Positions 35,789 to 46,752 of a stretch of 64,000 nt of DNA are shown one piece after another. The DNA lies in the NCBI GenBank assembly GCA_963753345.1, contig CAVWBU010000021.1:64001-128000 (forward strand). Reading direction: 5' to 3'. Below the pieces are notes generated by a model. It ran no database searches. It saw only the letters and a list, made by a program, of their open reading frames with translations, and was not told the DNA's origin. This stretch comes from an uncultured Fibrobacterota bacterium. Lineage in GTDB: Bacteria > Fibrobacterota > Chitinivibrionia > Chitinivibrionales > FEN-1185. Position 1 is the first letter of the stretch. Each line of letters begins with the position of its first letter. A program made the translations under genes and the position numbers.

Positions 35789-36913
35789 ATGAAGAACACC
35801 ATTTCCCGCCGGTCATTCGTCAAGCAGGTCGGCGCAGCCGGCATTACCGCGGGCATCGCGGGCATTTCCATCAAGGCTGCGGAAACAAAACCCGTAGCGG
35901 ACCCGGCAACGGAAAAAATCCGCAATTACAAACCCACAATGGCGTATCGGACCATCGGAACCACAGGCATTGCCGCCTCGGTGTTCTCTCTTGGCACCGG
36001 CAATGTCAAGGCCGATATTCTTTCCGCGGCCATCGATAGGGGGGTGAATTTCATTCACACGTCTTTTCATTACATGAACGGTCAATCCCTCGGGGTGGTG
36101 GGCAAAGCGATCAGTGGAAAAACCGACAAGGTGTACATCGCGCTCAAAGACGATTTCCCCTCCATCGAAGAAGCGTTGAAAGCGCTCGGGGTGACCTCGG
36201 TTGACTTCCTGATGTTCAACCGGCACAATGCCGGCGACCTGAAAAAGGAGTTGCCCGCGATCAAGGAGAAATTCATTGCGTGGCGCGACAAGGGGCTTGT
36301 CAAATTCGCAGGCCTCACGGTTCACAAGGACACCGCGGCCGTGCTTGACGTGGCGGCCGACGCCGGTTTCTTCTCCTGCGTCATGCCCGCCTATCCGCCA
36401 AACCAGGTGGAGGAACTCGCCGCCCAGCGCGACAAATTGCGCCAGAAGAACATCTCGCTTCTTGCAATGAAATCAAAGGGGGAATTGAACGCGGATGATT
36501 ACGTGGCTCACATCCCGAAGGTCCTTGCCGATAAAACCGTCAGCACGATCATAAAAGGGGTGGGCTCGCTTGACGAACTAAAGGCATGGTCTGCAGCCGC
36601 GGTATCAGCAAGAACCGGCCTGCTTCACCGTATCATGAATGGGTATGGAACGGCTGCCTACAGCGGCTGCAACATGTGCGGACAGTGTGAGCAGGAATGC
36701 CCGGCGGGAATCGCCACGTCAGACATCATGCGATGCATCAGGTATTATCACGACAGTGAGCGCCTGCCGCAGATGGCTGCCTCGGAATTCCGCGCTATGG
36801 GCCTTGCGCAAGCGGCGCTGCGATGCGATGGCTGCGGCAAATGCGAAGCGGCATGCCCGCAGGGCTTGGGGATCATTGAGGACATCAAGCGCGCGCAGAG
36901 CACGCTCGCATGA
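35789..36913 (+). CDS. Aldo/keto reductase with Tat-like signal and C-terminal 4Fe-4S dicluster
   Basis: ISRRSFVK; YRTIGTTG...SLGT, GVNFIHTS...Y; CNMCGQCEQECP and CDGCGKCEAACP. Confidence 0.85.
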   Translation: MKNTISRRSFVKQVGAAGITAGIAGISIKAAETKPVADPATEKIRNYKPTMAYRTIGTTGIAASVFSLGTGNVKADILSAAIDRGVNFIHTSFHYMNGQSLGVVGKAISGKTDKVYIALKDDFPSIEEALKALGVTSVDFLMFNRHNAGDLKKELPAIKEKFIAWRDKGLVKFAGLTVHKDTAAVLDVAADAGFFSCVMPAYPPNQVEELAAQRDKLRQKNISLLAMKSKGELNADDYVAHIPKVLADKTVSTIIKGVGSLDELKAWSAAAVSARTGLLHRIMNGYGTAAYSGCNMCGQCEQECPAGIATSDIMRCIRYYHDSERLPQMAASEFRAMGLAQAALRCDGCGKCEAACPQGLGIIEDIKRAQSTLA

Positions 36914-36934
36914 CGGGAAACAACAAGGGCAATA

Positions 36935-37657
36935 ATGCTTAAATTGACAACCAGGATGATCGGTTTCGTACTTGCCGCAATGATGGCCGTGCTTTCGTGT
37001 GCGATATCCATGCCTGGGCTGGTCGGCCAGGACGCGCTTCGCAACAGCGCGGTGGAAATGAAGGTGAGCGGCCGGTCAAGCTTGAAATTTAGGCAATCGG
37101 TCGTCTACGGGCCGTTTCATACGGACACCTTTAGCACCGGGGCCGTAAAAGTCAATCACGACAGGCCCCGGCGCAGCCCTATGGGCGATGACATCTCGAT
37201 ATACACGAACGCGACCCAGGGTTTCCACTTCACCCAGTACGATTCGGCGGGCGATACCATCGGCGTGGAATGCCTTGACACCATACATGCCAAGACCACT
37301 CAGTACGGCAGTCTAGTGCCCGATGAAGTTTCAAACAGCCACTATGAGTTACATTTATCAAAAAACGACAGCGAAAAAGTGTTCCTCATGTATGTAAAAG
37401 GAAAACCGCTCGCTATTCCCTTCGGTAAAGATACCATAAAGATGACCGACGAGGACAAATACGATGCGAAAGAAAAAATGGTGTTTCAGGGCATTCTTTT
37501 TACCAAGTCGGGGGAAACAATAGCGGCCGCCAGCCTGATGAACGAGGGAGCGGTATGGATCAAAAAGGACCTGGACAGCGCATGCAAATTGCTGATCGCC
37601 GCACTATCGACGGCGATGCTTGTGCAGCCCAACCTTGAAAATGCATCAAGGCGGTAG
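36935..37657 (+). CDS. Hypothetical lipoprotein
   Basis: Signal ending AVLSC; 240 aa. Confidence 0.6.
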   Translation: MLKLTTRMIGFVLAAMMAVLSCAISMPGLVGQDALRNSAVEMKVSGRSSLKFRQSVVYGPFHTDTFSTGAVKVNHDRPRRSPMGDDISIYTNATQGFHFTQYDSAGDTIGVECLDTIHAKTTQYGSLVPDEVSNSHYELHLSKNDSEKVFLMYVKGKPLAIPFGKDTIKMTDEDKYDAKEKMVFQGILFTKSGETIAAASLMNEGAVWIKKDLDSACKLLIAALSTAMLVQPNLENASRR

Positions 37658-37799
37658 GCTTGGCAGGTTGCCTTGACCTTTGGCTTTTTCAACAGCAGTG
37701 TCAGGGGAAAAATCTCAACAGATGTACTTGTCAAGTTCTTTGTCTCGCAGGCCCCATGTACTCCAATGCCTGGGCGGCACGCCGCCCCGTAACGTTCCC

Positions 37800-40397
37800 T
37801 CATCCCAAACTTCCGAACTTCCTCAACCAAATGCTTGGCTCCCCAGATGCCCGCGACTTGACAAGATCCACTTCAAACTCCAGCACCCAATCGTTGGTTC
37901 CCTCCGGATCAACCAGCATTTGTTGCACCCGCCAGATCCCTTTTTCCGGAAGGGGCGCTACATAGGTGTGGCGGATGTTCCGCGCGTCCGGGTCGAGGCA
38001 AATGGCGTGGTGGTCCGAAAGATAAGTTTCTAGAGTCTGTTGAAGCTTTGCAGGTGTCCAGGAAGGATCGGCAGTTATTGAGTTATCATAATCAGCAATG
38101 ACGCCTTCTTCCGTAATGGAGGATGGATTGACCCGATTTATAATTTCGACCGCCGCCTCAAAATCTCTTTTGATGACCGCGGAAATAAAGGTGAAGATTT
38201 TGGCTCTTATCAGTGAAGTGAATTTCTTAGCGTCCCGGGTGATGTCCTGTTCCGCGGCATCGGCGCCGGGAGGCCGGACTTCTCGCAGTATCGGCCGCCA
38301 GGTAGGATGGATCGCGCATCTTCTCCCATTCGTCAAGCAGGCTGGAGTCCACCTGCCTTATCATGGTGCCGAGATACACTTCCATTTCATCGACGACGTC
38401 GTTCTTGGCGGCGCTGGGCACCGTTTGCACAAGGACCTTGTAGACCCCGTTGACGTGGCGCAAAAGCAATCCTTCAACGCGCTCGAGATCGTACGAACGG
38501 ACATAATCGGCAAACGAGCTGTAGGTCTCGAACATTTCCCTCACGATCGATTTGGGCCGGATGTTTTCCTGGCCCAACCAGGGGTGGCGGTCCGAAAAGT
38601 CGTTGAACGTGGAATACACGAAGTCGCGGTCGGGTTTGGGGTATTCCAGCTTGTCAAGCTCTTCGATGCGCTCGTCGAACGGAATGCCCTGCATTTTCAT
38701 CTCGGCCATTTTCTGCGTTTTGAGTTTGTCCAGTTGTTTGCGCAGAATGGAGTCGGGGTCCTCAAGGATGGACTCGATAAGGGTGAGGAGCCGGAACGGA
38801 TACTCGGGCGCCTGCGCGTCGAGAAGCGGCAGCGTTTCCAGAAGGTACAGCGACAGGGTCTGGTCCATGGAAAAATCGTCCTGTAATTCAAGGTTGACGC
38901 GGACCTTCGCGCCGCCAGGCGTTTGGCCGGTGAACTCGATTATGTGGCGGTTGACAAGCGATCGGAAGAGCTGCCATGCCCGCGTGACATGTGCCTCCTT
39001 TTGCTTCGCACTTTCGTGACAGCGGGCGACAAGGTCGCGCATAGCGGCGCATCCGTCGGTGTCGCGGCTCAGAACGTTGAGCAGCATGCCGTGGGAAACC
39101 TGGAAACGCGACACGAGCTGTTCGGGCTTTGCCGCCACAAGGCGGTTGAAGGTGGCAATGTCCCAGTTGACAAAGTTTCTTTCCGGCGGTTTGCGCTTGA
39201 CGAATTTCCTGCCGCCCTGCGACCGCTTCTCTTCGAGCGCGCGTTTTCTATGGTGTGTTCGGGCGCCTGCGCCACGACCCATCCGCAGTCGTCGAACCCT
39301 TTGCGGCCTGCGCGGCCGCATATCTGATGGAAGTCCCGCGCGCTCAAAATCGCGGTCTTCTGGCCGTCGTATTTGCAAAGGCGGGTGAGCAGCACCGTGC
39401 GGATGGGAACGTTGATGCCCACGCCGAGAGTATCGGTTCCGCAGATGATTTTGAGCAGCCCCTGCTGCGCCAACTGCTCGGCAAGCACCCGGTACTTTGG
39501 CAGCAGCCCTGCATGGTGGATTCCGATGCCCTGGCGCAGCCATCGCTTGATGTCCGGGCCATAGGGGCTGTTGAACTTGAAACCCGAAACTGCCTTGGCA
39601 AGCGCGTCTTTTTCTTCACGCGTGCAAATGTTAAGGCTCGTGAAATTCTGCGCATTCTGTGCCGCCTCGAGCTGGGTGAAATGCACCACATAGACCGGGC
39701 TCTTGCCTTCCGCGACAAGCGATTCAACCGTTGCGGACAGCAGCGTGACGGCATAAGAATATACCAGCGGGACGGGCCGGTCGCCGGATACCACGCTCAC
39801 CGTGGGGCGGGACGTGAGGCGCGTGAGCTCTTCTTCGAAAAACGACGTTTCTCCCAGCGTTGCAGACATCAGAAGGAACCGGGCCTGCGGAAGCGTGAGC
39901 AGCGGCACCTGCCAGGCCACGCCGCGTTCGCGGTCCGCGTAGTAGTGGAACTCGTCCATCACCACGTCCTGGACATTCGCCTTTTCCCCTTCGCGCAACG
40001 CTATGTTGGCGAGGATTTCCGCAGTGCAGCAAAGGATGGGCGCGTCATGGTTGACTGTTGCGTCTCCGGTGCACAGCCCCACGTTGTCGGGCCCGAACTC
40101 GCGGCACAGGGCGAGCCACTTCTCATTGACCAGCGCCTTGACCGGGCAGGTGTACACCGAACGTTTGCCCTGCCCAAGAGCCTTGAAATGCGCCGCCATT
40201 GCAACCAGTGATTTTCCCGACCCGGTGGGAGTGTTCAGAATCACATTCTTCTCTTCGAACAATTCCAGGATCGCGGATTCCTGCGCAGGATACAGGTGAA
40301 GATGCCGGTCCTCCACATAGGCGAGGAACCGCCCCAGCAATTCGTTATTGTCGGGTTTGTCGCATTTGGCAAGCTGTTCGTACAGTGTGGGGAGCAT
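37800..40397 (-). pseudogene. Ski2/HelY-like DEAD/DEAH helicase with DUF3516-like C-terminus, two frameshifts
   Basis: [39 protein letters not shown]; continues across three frames with shifts near 39237 and 38285. Confidence 0.85.
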
Positions 40398-40584
40398 TGG
40401 GGTAATTATAAACAATCAATGTTTGGATGATAAGGCGCGGTTGCTTTCACTAGGCTATTAAGATACGTCAAGAAACAGGATCGTGTGAGCGTAAGAAAAG
40501 CAATCGCTGCCGGGAAGCCATGAACCGGGGACCGCAATTTTCGCATTCATCCTGCCGTAGTAAATAGGGAGGAGGGAGGGCAAC

Positions 40585-41643
40585 GTGAAATATGCGACAT
40601 TTATAGGAGCAATTATTATGGGCGCATTTCTTGTAGAATCGGATGCAGCGGGAGCGACGGCGATTGCAACCTTTGCCGGCGGATGCTTCTGGTGCATGCA
40701 GCCGCCGTTCGATTCGCTTCCGGGCGTGGCGAGCGTCACCGTGGGCTACACCGGCGGCACGGTAAAAAACCCCACGTACGAACAGGTGTGCACAGGCACA
40801 ACCGGCCATTACGAGGCGGTGCAGGTTGCGTACGATCCCGCGAAAATATCCTTTGACAAGCTGCTTGACGTGTACTGGAGGAGCATAGACCCCACGGATG
40901 CGGGCGGCCAGTTCGCCGACAGGGGACGGCAGTATCAGACCGCCATCTTCTACCACTCACCGGAGCAAAAGATGCTTGCGGAACAGTCAAAAGCTGCGCT
41001 TGAATCGTCGCACCTGTTCAACAAACCGATCGTCGTCGCGATCCTTGCGGCGTCGGAGTTTTACAAAGCGGAAGAGTACCACCAGAAGTACTACTGCAAA
41101 TCGCCTGCGCATTTCAAGGCCTACGAGAAAGGGTCGGGCCGCGAAAAATATCTGGAGTTGCACTGGGATTTTCCGCAGCCGACCTCGGTTGCGCCGTCGC
41201 CGCAGTACCGCAAGCCTTCCGACAGCGATTTGAAGAAAATCCTCACACGCGAGCAATACAATGTGACTCAGCAATGCGGGACTGAGCCGCCGTTTGCAAA
41301 CGAATATTGGAACAACCACCGTCAGGGTATTTATGTTGACGTGACCACAGGGGAGCCGCTGTTCTGTTCAACGGACAAATTCGAATCAGGCACGGGCTGG
41401 CCCAGCTTCACAAAGCCCATATCGTCCGGTGCCGTGAAAGAGAAAAACGACGCCTCGGATGGAATGCTCAGGACCGAAGTCCGCAGCACCACCGGCAACG
41501 CCCACCTCGGTCATGTTTTCAACGACGGCCCTGCGTCGGCCGGAGGCCTGCGTTACTGCATCAATTCTGCTTCGCTCCACTTCATTCCGCGGGAAGACTT
41601 GGTGAAAGAGGGGTACGGAGAGTATGAGAAGATGTTCAGATAA
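40585..41643 (+). CDS. msrAB: Bifunctional methionine sulfoxide reductase MsrA/MsrB, with signal peptide
   Basis: [41 protein letters not shown]. Confidence 0.95.
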   Translation: MKYATFIGAIIMGAFLVESDAAGATAIATFAGGCFWCMQPPFDSLPGVASVTVGYTGGTVKNPTYEQVCTGTTGHYEAVQVAYDPAKISFDKLLDVYWRSIDPTDAGGQFADRGRQYQTAIFYHSPEQKMLAEQSKAALESSHLFNKPIVVAILAASEFYKAEEYHQKYYCKSPAHFKAYEKGSGREKYLELHWDFPQPTSVAPSPQYRKPSDSDLKKILTREQYNVTQQCGTEPPFANEYWNNHRQGIYVDVTTGEPLFCSTDKFESGTGWPSFTKPISSGAVKEKNDASDGMLRTEVRSTTGNAHLGHVFNDGPASAGGLRYCINSASLHFIPREDLVKEGYGEYEKMFR

Positions 41644-41677
41644 TTCTCTCGTGTAAATTAAGAAGAAGAAGGTCTAA

Positions 41678-42153
41678 GGGGGGATGTTTCCCCCTCGCTT
41701 CGGCCTCCTCGGCCTTTGGCCTGCGGTGTCCTCCGCTACCCCCTCCTGGGTAGCCGCCTTGACAAAGCAGTTGCCAGACCACACATTGTTGTGGCGGCAC
41801 CCGAGAAGAGTAGTTGAGAAGTTGAGGAGTTGAGAAGCTAACGCGTAGACGCGTTAACACGGTTACGTACTCATATTTTGGATGCCGATTGGCGCGAGAA
41901 GAAGTACTTGACAGAATAGACTTCCTTTGCCGCGCGCCAGGCCGGAACGGAGGCCGCGTTAGAACGTGGTGCCGCCCGGACCCGCCTTTTGTAGAGACGC
42001 AGCGGCGCTGCGTCTCTACAAAAGGAATAGGGCCGTGGCGGCCCGAGGCTGGAGGCCGACGACCCTTGGAAGCACCCGAAGGGGTGGACCGGAAGGAGAA
42101 CCGACCTCGGGTAAAGCCGCAAGGCATTGCGGCTTTACCCGAGGGAACGCCCA
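41678..42153 (-). repeat. Structured intergenic repeat, full length A+B (copy b)
   Basis: TGGGCGTT...CGCGCGGCA...TTCTCGCGCCAATCGGCAT...TCAAC repeats...ACCCAGGAGGGGGTAGCG...AGCGAGGGGGAAACATCCCCC. Confidence 0.9.
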
Positions 42154-42234
42154 ATCTCATTTGTATCTCTTAAAGTTCAAGAAACAATCCAACCTTTTCC
42201 CCGCTCCCAAATCTAATATTATAAGGGCCGGTAT

Positions 42235-43941
42235 ATGGAATATCATCCTTTCTCGAATAACGGCGACGATTCCGCCGAATACCTCGCGCCGGACGAACCG
42301 GAAGGCAGGCTGCTTTCCGACGGCGAGTATGCACAGGCATTGACAGACCGTAACGATGTCTTTGCCATCGCAGGCGGGCACAGGCTGGCTGCAATCGAAG
42401 CGGTGGCATTGGCGGCGGGTGTGTTTTTTGGTCTGTGGCTCCACGCACAGCGGCTGAAAACTGTTGCACCGGATTTTCTCAGCTCAACGCAGAAAGAATG
42501 GACCGCGAGGCTGTTGCGCAGTAGGGAGATACAATTGCCGTCTCAGGCACTTGAGCAGGAAATGCCGGCGAGGGAAACTGCGGAGCTTGCAGCACCTGCT
42601 CTGCGATACGCGGACCGTGAGGCGATGAAGCGCGAGGTCCGACTGCCCAAGCCGGCTGCAATGCGCACTGCCGTAAAAGAATTGAAGTCCTCTTTGTCTA
42701 CAGAGCTCAAATCCGTAAGGGTCTCTGCGGTCGCCCGCCGGGAGCACGACACAGTGCAGGCGCTCCTGGAGAAAACAGTTGCAGAAAACGGGACTGCCAA
42801 TAATCAAGACACCGCACTTCCCGTGGGAGAGATAAGCAAGCTTATTGACCGGGGCAATGCCGTAAAGAAGTACGGCAACCGCGCAGAGGCGTTTAGCGCG
42901 TTCAGGCGGGTCTTGGCACATGATCCGCACAACGCCGCGGCTCTGGCCGGCGTCGGTGATTTATTTCTCTACACCGGCATCCTTGACTCATCGGCCGCGT
43001 TTTACAAGGCGGCAATTGCGGCAAACCCGCGCAATGCGGCCGCGCACAACGGGCTTGGTTCGGCGCTGTATTTCAACTCCACGCTTGTAACCAATCCGAA
43101 TTATGCCCGGCGCATGAACATTGCCGACCCCGAGCGGTACGCAAGAGCGCAGTACGACAGTGCGATTGCCGAATACACCGCCGCGATTTCTCTCGACAGT
43201 TCGCAGGTCCAGGCTCTCACCAACCGCGGCGTGCTTCGGGACATTAATGGCGACCGCCGGGCCGCGATTGAGGACTACACGCTCGCCCTGCGAATCAACC
43301 CGAAATGCGCCGATGCCTACAGCAAGAGGGCGGCCACCCTGAAGGCGCTGGGGAAATACAAGGACGCAATCGCCGATTACACCGCGGCAATCAATCTTGA
43401 CACCAGCTCGTACGAGTTCGACCCGAAAACCCACTTTGCAAATGCATACTTCGGCCGGGGGGTCGTGTTCTACAGGTCCGGCGACCTCGGCAGGGCGATA
43501 CGCGATTTTGACAGCGCTCTTGTGATCTCGCCGGACCATTCCCTTGTTATGATCAACCGGGCCGTCGCCTTGATTGACGAGAAGAAGTACGACGCTGCCG
43601 TTGCGGACCTTACCCGCGCGATTGCCCTGCTTTCGCCTCTTGAGTACGGCGGCGCACAGTATCTTGCCTGTTTACAACGGGGGAACGCGTATAAGGCGCT
43701 CGGTCAGTACGACAAGGCGATCGCCGATTACAATGCCGCTCTCGTGTCGAAGAATCTGGCCGCCCGGGCCTGCTGGAGGATCGCCGAATGTTTCTCACTC
43801 AAGAACGATGCCGATTCCGCCATTGCCTGGCTCAGAAAGTCCGCGGCGGCCGGGTTCAATGATTTTGGCGCCTGGCAAAGAGACAAAGCGCTTTCCCCAC
43901 TCTGGAACGCCAGGGAATTCAAGGAAATTGCCGGACAATAA
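42235..43941 (+). CDS. Membrane-anchored TPR-repeat protein
   Basis: One TM segment, then multiple AIADYTxAI / NRG TPR units. Confidence 0.88.
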   Translation: MEYHPFSNNGDDSAEYLAPDEPEGRLLSDGEYAQALTDRNDVFAIAGGHRLAAIEAVALAAGVFFGLWLHAQRLKTVAPDFLSSTQKEWTARLLRSREIQLPSQALEQEMPARETAELAAPALRYADREAMKREVRLPKPAAMRTAVKELKSSLSTELKSVRVSAVARREHDTVQALLEKTVAENGTANNQDTALPVGEISKLIDRGNAVKKYGNRAEAFSAFRRVLAHDPHNAAALAGVGDLFLYTGILDSSAAFYKAAIAANPRNAAAHNGLGSALYFNSTLVTNPNYARRMNIADPERYARAQYDSAIAEYTAAISLDSSQVQALTNRGVLRDINGDRRAAIEDYTLALRINPKCADAYSKRAATLKALGKYKDAIADYTAAINLDTSSYEFDPKTHFANAYFGRGVVFYRSGDLGRAIRDFDSALVISPDHSLVMINRAVALIDEKKYDAAVADLTRAIALLSPLEYGGAQYLACLQRGNAYKALGQYDKAIADYNAALVSKNLAARACWRIAECFSLKNDADSAIAWLRKSAAAGFNDFGAWQRDKALSPLWNAREFKEIAGQ

Positions 43942-43988
43942 TTCTGTTGTAATAAGGCCGTTCCCCGCGTAATAGGAGACATCTAAGT

Positions 43989-44423
43989 GGGGGAAGTTTC
44001 CCCCTCGCTCCGGCCCGGCCGCGCAGCTTTACATACCGGTATTTTGGATATGCGCGGCCGGTCCTTCGCTACCCCCTCCTGGGTGCACCCCGAGAAAGTT
44101 GATTTGCGAGAAAGGTGCCTCGGTTGGGGGGCACCCGCGAAAAGCAGTTGAGAAGTTGAAATGAAGAAACGTTGAAAAGTAGGAAGAAGCCCGACCGATT
44201 TCTTGCGAATGCCGATTGGCGCAAGAAGAAGTGATTGACTGAATAGATCTCCTTTGCCGCGCGTTAGGGGCGACTGGAGGTCCCGCCATAGCGGGATGCC
44301 GCCCGGACCCGGCCCTGCGGGCCATAGGGCCGTGGTGGCCCGAGGCCAAAGGCCGAGACCGGAAGGAGAACCGCCCTCGGGAGGGGCCGCAATGCATTGC
44401 GGCCCCTCCCGAGGGAACGCCCA
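43989..44423 (-). repeat. Structured intergenic repeat, full length A+B (copy c)
   Basis: Same ordered conserved blocks as copies b, d, f. Confidence 0.9.
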
Positions 44424-44581
44424 ATCTTTGTAATTAATCTCACGTTTGAAATATCTAATAAGTTTCGAGAAGCCCACACCGCTGCCAAAATTGTATATTG
44501 GTGCGTACCGGCCTTTCGCCGGTCAGTACAATTCTCGGGGCAGAGGGGGGCAAAAGACCCTTATCCAAGAAGGAATGACGC

Positions 44582-45886
44582 ATGAACAGCTCCGGTCCAT
44601 CACTAGACAAACGCAATCTCTACCGTTTTCCCTGGTCGCTTAACGACAATCCGCAGGGCTGGGTCGAGATAACCGATATCTGCAACCTCAAGTGCCAGGG
44701 ATGCTACCGCCAGCGGCTCGAAGGCCACAAGCCACTTGATGCGATCAAGGAAGAAATTGCATTCCTCAAGAAGTGGCGCAACGTCGACAATATCACCCTT
44801 GCCGGAGGAGAGCCCATCCTCCATCCTCAAATCGTCGACATCGTCGCCCACATCGCGCAACAGAAGCTCAAACCGTTTATGCTCGGCAACGGCGTGGCGC
44901 ACACAAAGCCCATGCTTTCCGAACTGCGAAATGCGGGCCTCGTTGGGGTCGGCCTTCATGTCGACATGCACCAGAACCGTCCCGGATGGGAAGGCAAGAA
45001 CGAACTTGACTTGTGCGCACTCCGCGGGGAGCTTGCCGAGCTTGTCTGGCAGGTGGGCGGCCTCTCGTGCAACTTCAACAGCACCGTGTACCGCGATTCC
45101 ATCCAGTACGTCCCCGATCTCGTCAAGTGGACGATCCGCAACAGCAGGAAGGTGCAGGGATACACCTTCATGACCTATCGCGGCGCGCTTATCGACGGAA
45201 GCAGTGAGTATCTGGTGAAAGGCAGGAAGGTGCGGCTCGACGAGGAATCGCTCGGGTATGCGCTCCAGCAGCAGACCGGGGAGGATTTCTCCATCATGTC
45301 AACCGACGTCTACGCTGCTATCAAGGCGGCGGTGCCGGAATACGCGCCGTGCGTGTATCTGGGCGGCACAAAAAAGCACACGTCGTTCAAATGGCTCGCC
45401 GGCATGACGCTGTGCTGCAACGGCAGGCCGCTCGGGTCGCTCGGCAAAAAAGCGATGGAATTCATCCAGACCATGCATCATCTGCTTTTCGGAACGTATG
45501 TGCTGTACCTCAGGAATAAGAGCACCGGCCGGATTGTTTTGTTGTTGTCGCTTTTCGACAAGGGTATCAGAAACGCCCTGCTGTGCTACCTTCGAAACCC
45601 CCTCAACATCTTCCGGCAGGTGAACTCGGTCGGGATCGCCATCGTCCAGGCGCCCGATGCGCTGGACGGCGATGTTGACATGTGCGAGAGCTGCCCCGAC
45701 ATCACGGTCTTTGAAGGCAGGCTCGTCAATTCGTGCAGGCTCGACGAATACCGCAAGTTCGGCGACGCGCTCGTTCCGTCGCTACGGAAGACCGACGACC
45801 CCGCCCTGTTGATCGCCGAAGTGCAGTCCGGCGTCCGCACGCAGGCTACCGCGGGCGAGCGGCGGGCACCAGCAGGAGCGGCGTAA
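44582..45886 (+). CDS. Radical SAM protein of unknown function
   Basis: CNLKCQGC, GGEP; C-terminal MCESCPD...NSCRLDE. Confidence 0.88.
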   Translation: MNSSGPSLDKRNLYRFPWSLNDNPQGWVEITDICNLKCQGCYRQRLEGHKPLDAIKEEIAFLKKWRNVDNITLAGGEPILHPQIVDIVAHIAQQKLKPFMLGNGVAHTKPMLSELRNAGLVGVGLHVDMHQNRPGWEGKNELDLCALRGELAELVWQVGGLSCNFNSTVYRDSIQYVPDLVKWTIRNSRKVQGYTFMTYRGALIDGSSEYLVKGRKVRLDEESLGYALQQQTGEDFSIMSTDVYAAIKAAVPEYAPCVYLGGTKKHTSFKWLAGMTLCCNGRPLGSLGKKAMEFIQTMHHLLFGTYVLYLRNKSTGRIVLLLSLFDKGIRNALLCYLRNPLNIFRQVNSVGIAIVQAPDALDGDVDMCESCPDITVFEGRLVNSCRLDEYRKFGDALVPSLRKTDDPALLIAEVQSGVRTQATAGERRAPAGAA

Positions 45887-46748
45887 CGGTCTGGGCGAAT
45901 ACCCGCGGCGTCACGCTTCCCTCCCACAGGGCCGCAATGCCGGAATTCCCGTGCGTGGCCATTACGATCACCCCAGCGCGCGATTCTTTTGCGTCAAGAG
46001 CGATCATCCGGCCGGGATCGCCGCGAAGCACCGCGGCCTCCGCGGCCGTGCCTTTTTCGCGCAGCGCCGTTGCCGCGCCTTCGATAAACTGTTGTAAACC
46101 GTCGGCCTCGGTATCGAGCATCTCGGCGGTGGCGCCGGGAAGCAGGCGTCCCACCTGAGACCATTTTCCCGCGATGGTGTCCGAAGTCGGAACCACGGCA
46201 ATGAGCCTGACCGCGGCGTCGCAGCATGCGGCGAATTCCCCGGAAAACCCCAGAATGTCCCCGTGCTCCTCCCTTCCGTCAAGTGGAAGCAGAATTGTGT
46301 TGCACGAAAACGGTTGGGCGTTCCCCGATGTCGCGTGAACCGCGAGCACGGGAACGGTGCCCGCCGCGACCACCCGCTGCGCGATGCTGCCCTGCGCGAA
46401 GCGCAGCGCCCCGGCTGCGCCGTGTGCACACATCACGACAAGGTCGGCATGCAGCTCGGTTGCGCCGTGCTCCGCAATGCTTTGTCCCACGCGGCTCACT
46501 TCCTGGTCGTGAACGTGGATGTCGGCGACCCCCGGCGGGAACGAGGCGGCCACCCGCGTTAGATAGTCACGGGCCTGGTTTGCATCGTGTAAATGCGGCT
46601 GTTCGTGCACGGTGCGGGGCCGGCCCTTTTCGATGAGGTGCACGAGCGAGACGCGGCCGCCGCATTTCTGCGCGAGGAACCGCGCGGCGGGAAGCGCGGC
46701 CTCGGCAAGCTCCGATCCGTCAAGTGGGACAAGCAGACGTTTGAACAT
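45846..46748 (-). CDS. Tandem universal stress protein (UspA x2)
   Basis: LLVPLDGSELAE, DLVVMCAHG, GSIAQRV; second ILLPLDG, VMATHG, GSVT. Confidence 0.92.
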   Translation of the reverse strand: MFKRLLVPLDGSELAEAALPAARFLAQKCGGRVSLVHLIEKGRPRTVHEQPHLHDANQARDYLTRVAASFPPGVADIHVHDQEVSRVGQSIAEHGATELHADLVVMCAHGAAGALRFAQGSIAQRVVAAGTVPVLAVHATSGNAQPFSCNTILLPLDGREEHGDILGFSGEFAACCDAAVRLIAVVPTSDTIAGKWSQVGRLLPGATAEMLDTEADGLQQFIEGAATALREKGTAAEAAVLRGDPGRMIALDAKESRAGVIVMATHGNSGIAALWEGSVTPRVFAQTVTPLLLVPAARPR

Positions 46749-46752
46749 GGCG

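Noticed and set aside
41636-44488. Short ORFs over the structured repeats (e.g. 41636-42160, 43983-44477, also 52044-52502)
   Set aside because: Frames are not conserved between copies, which differ by arbitrary indels; they are by-products of GC-rich palindromes
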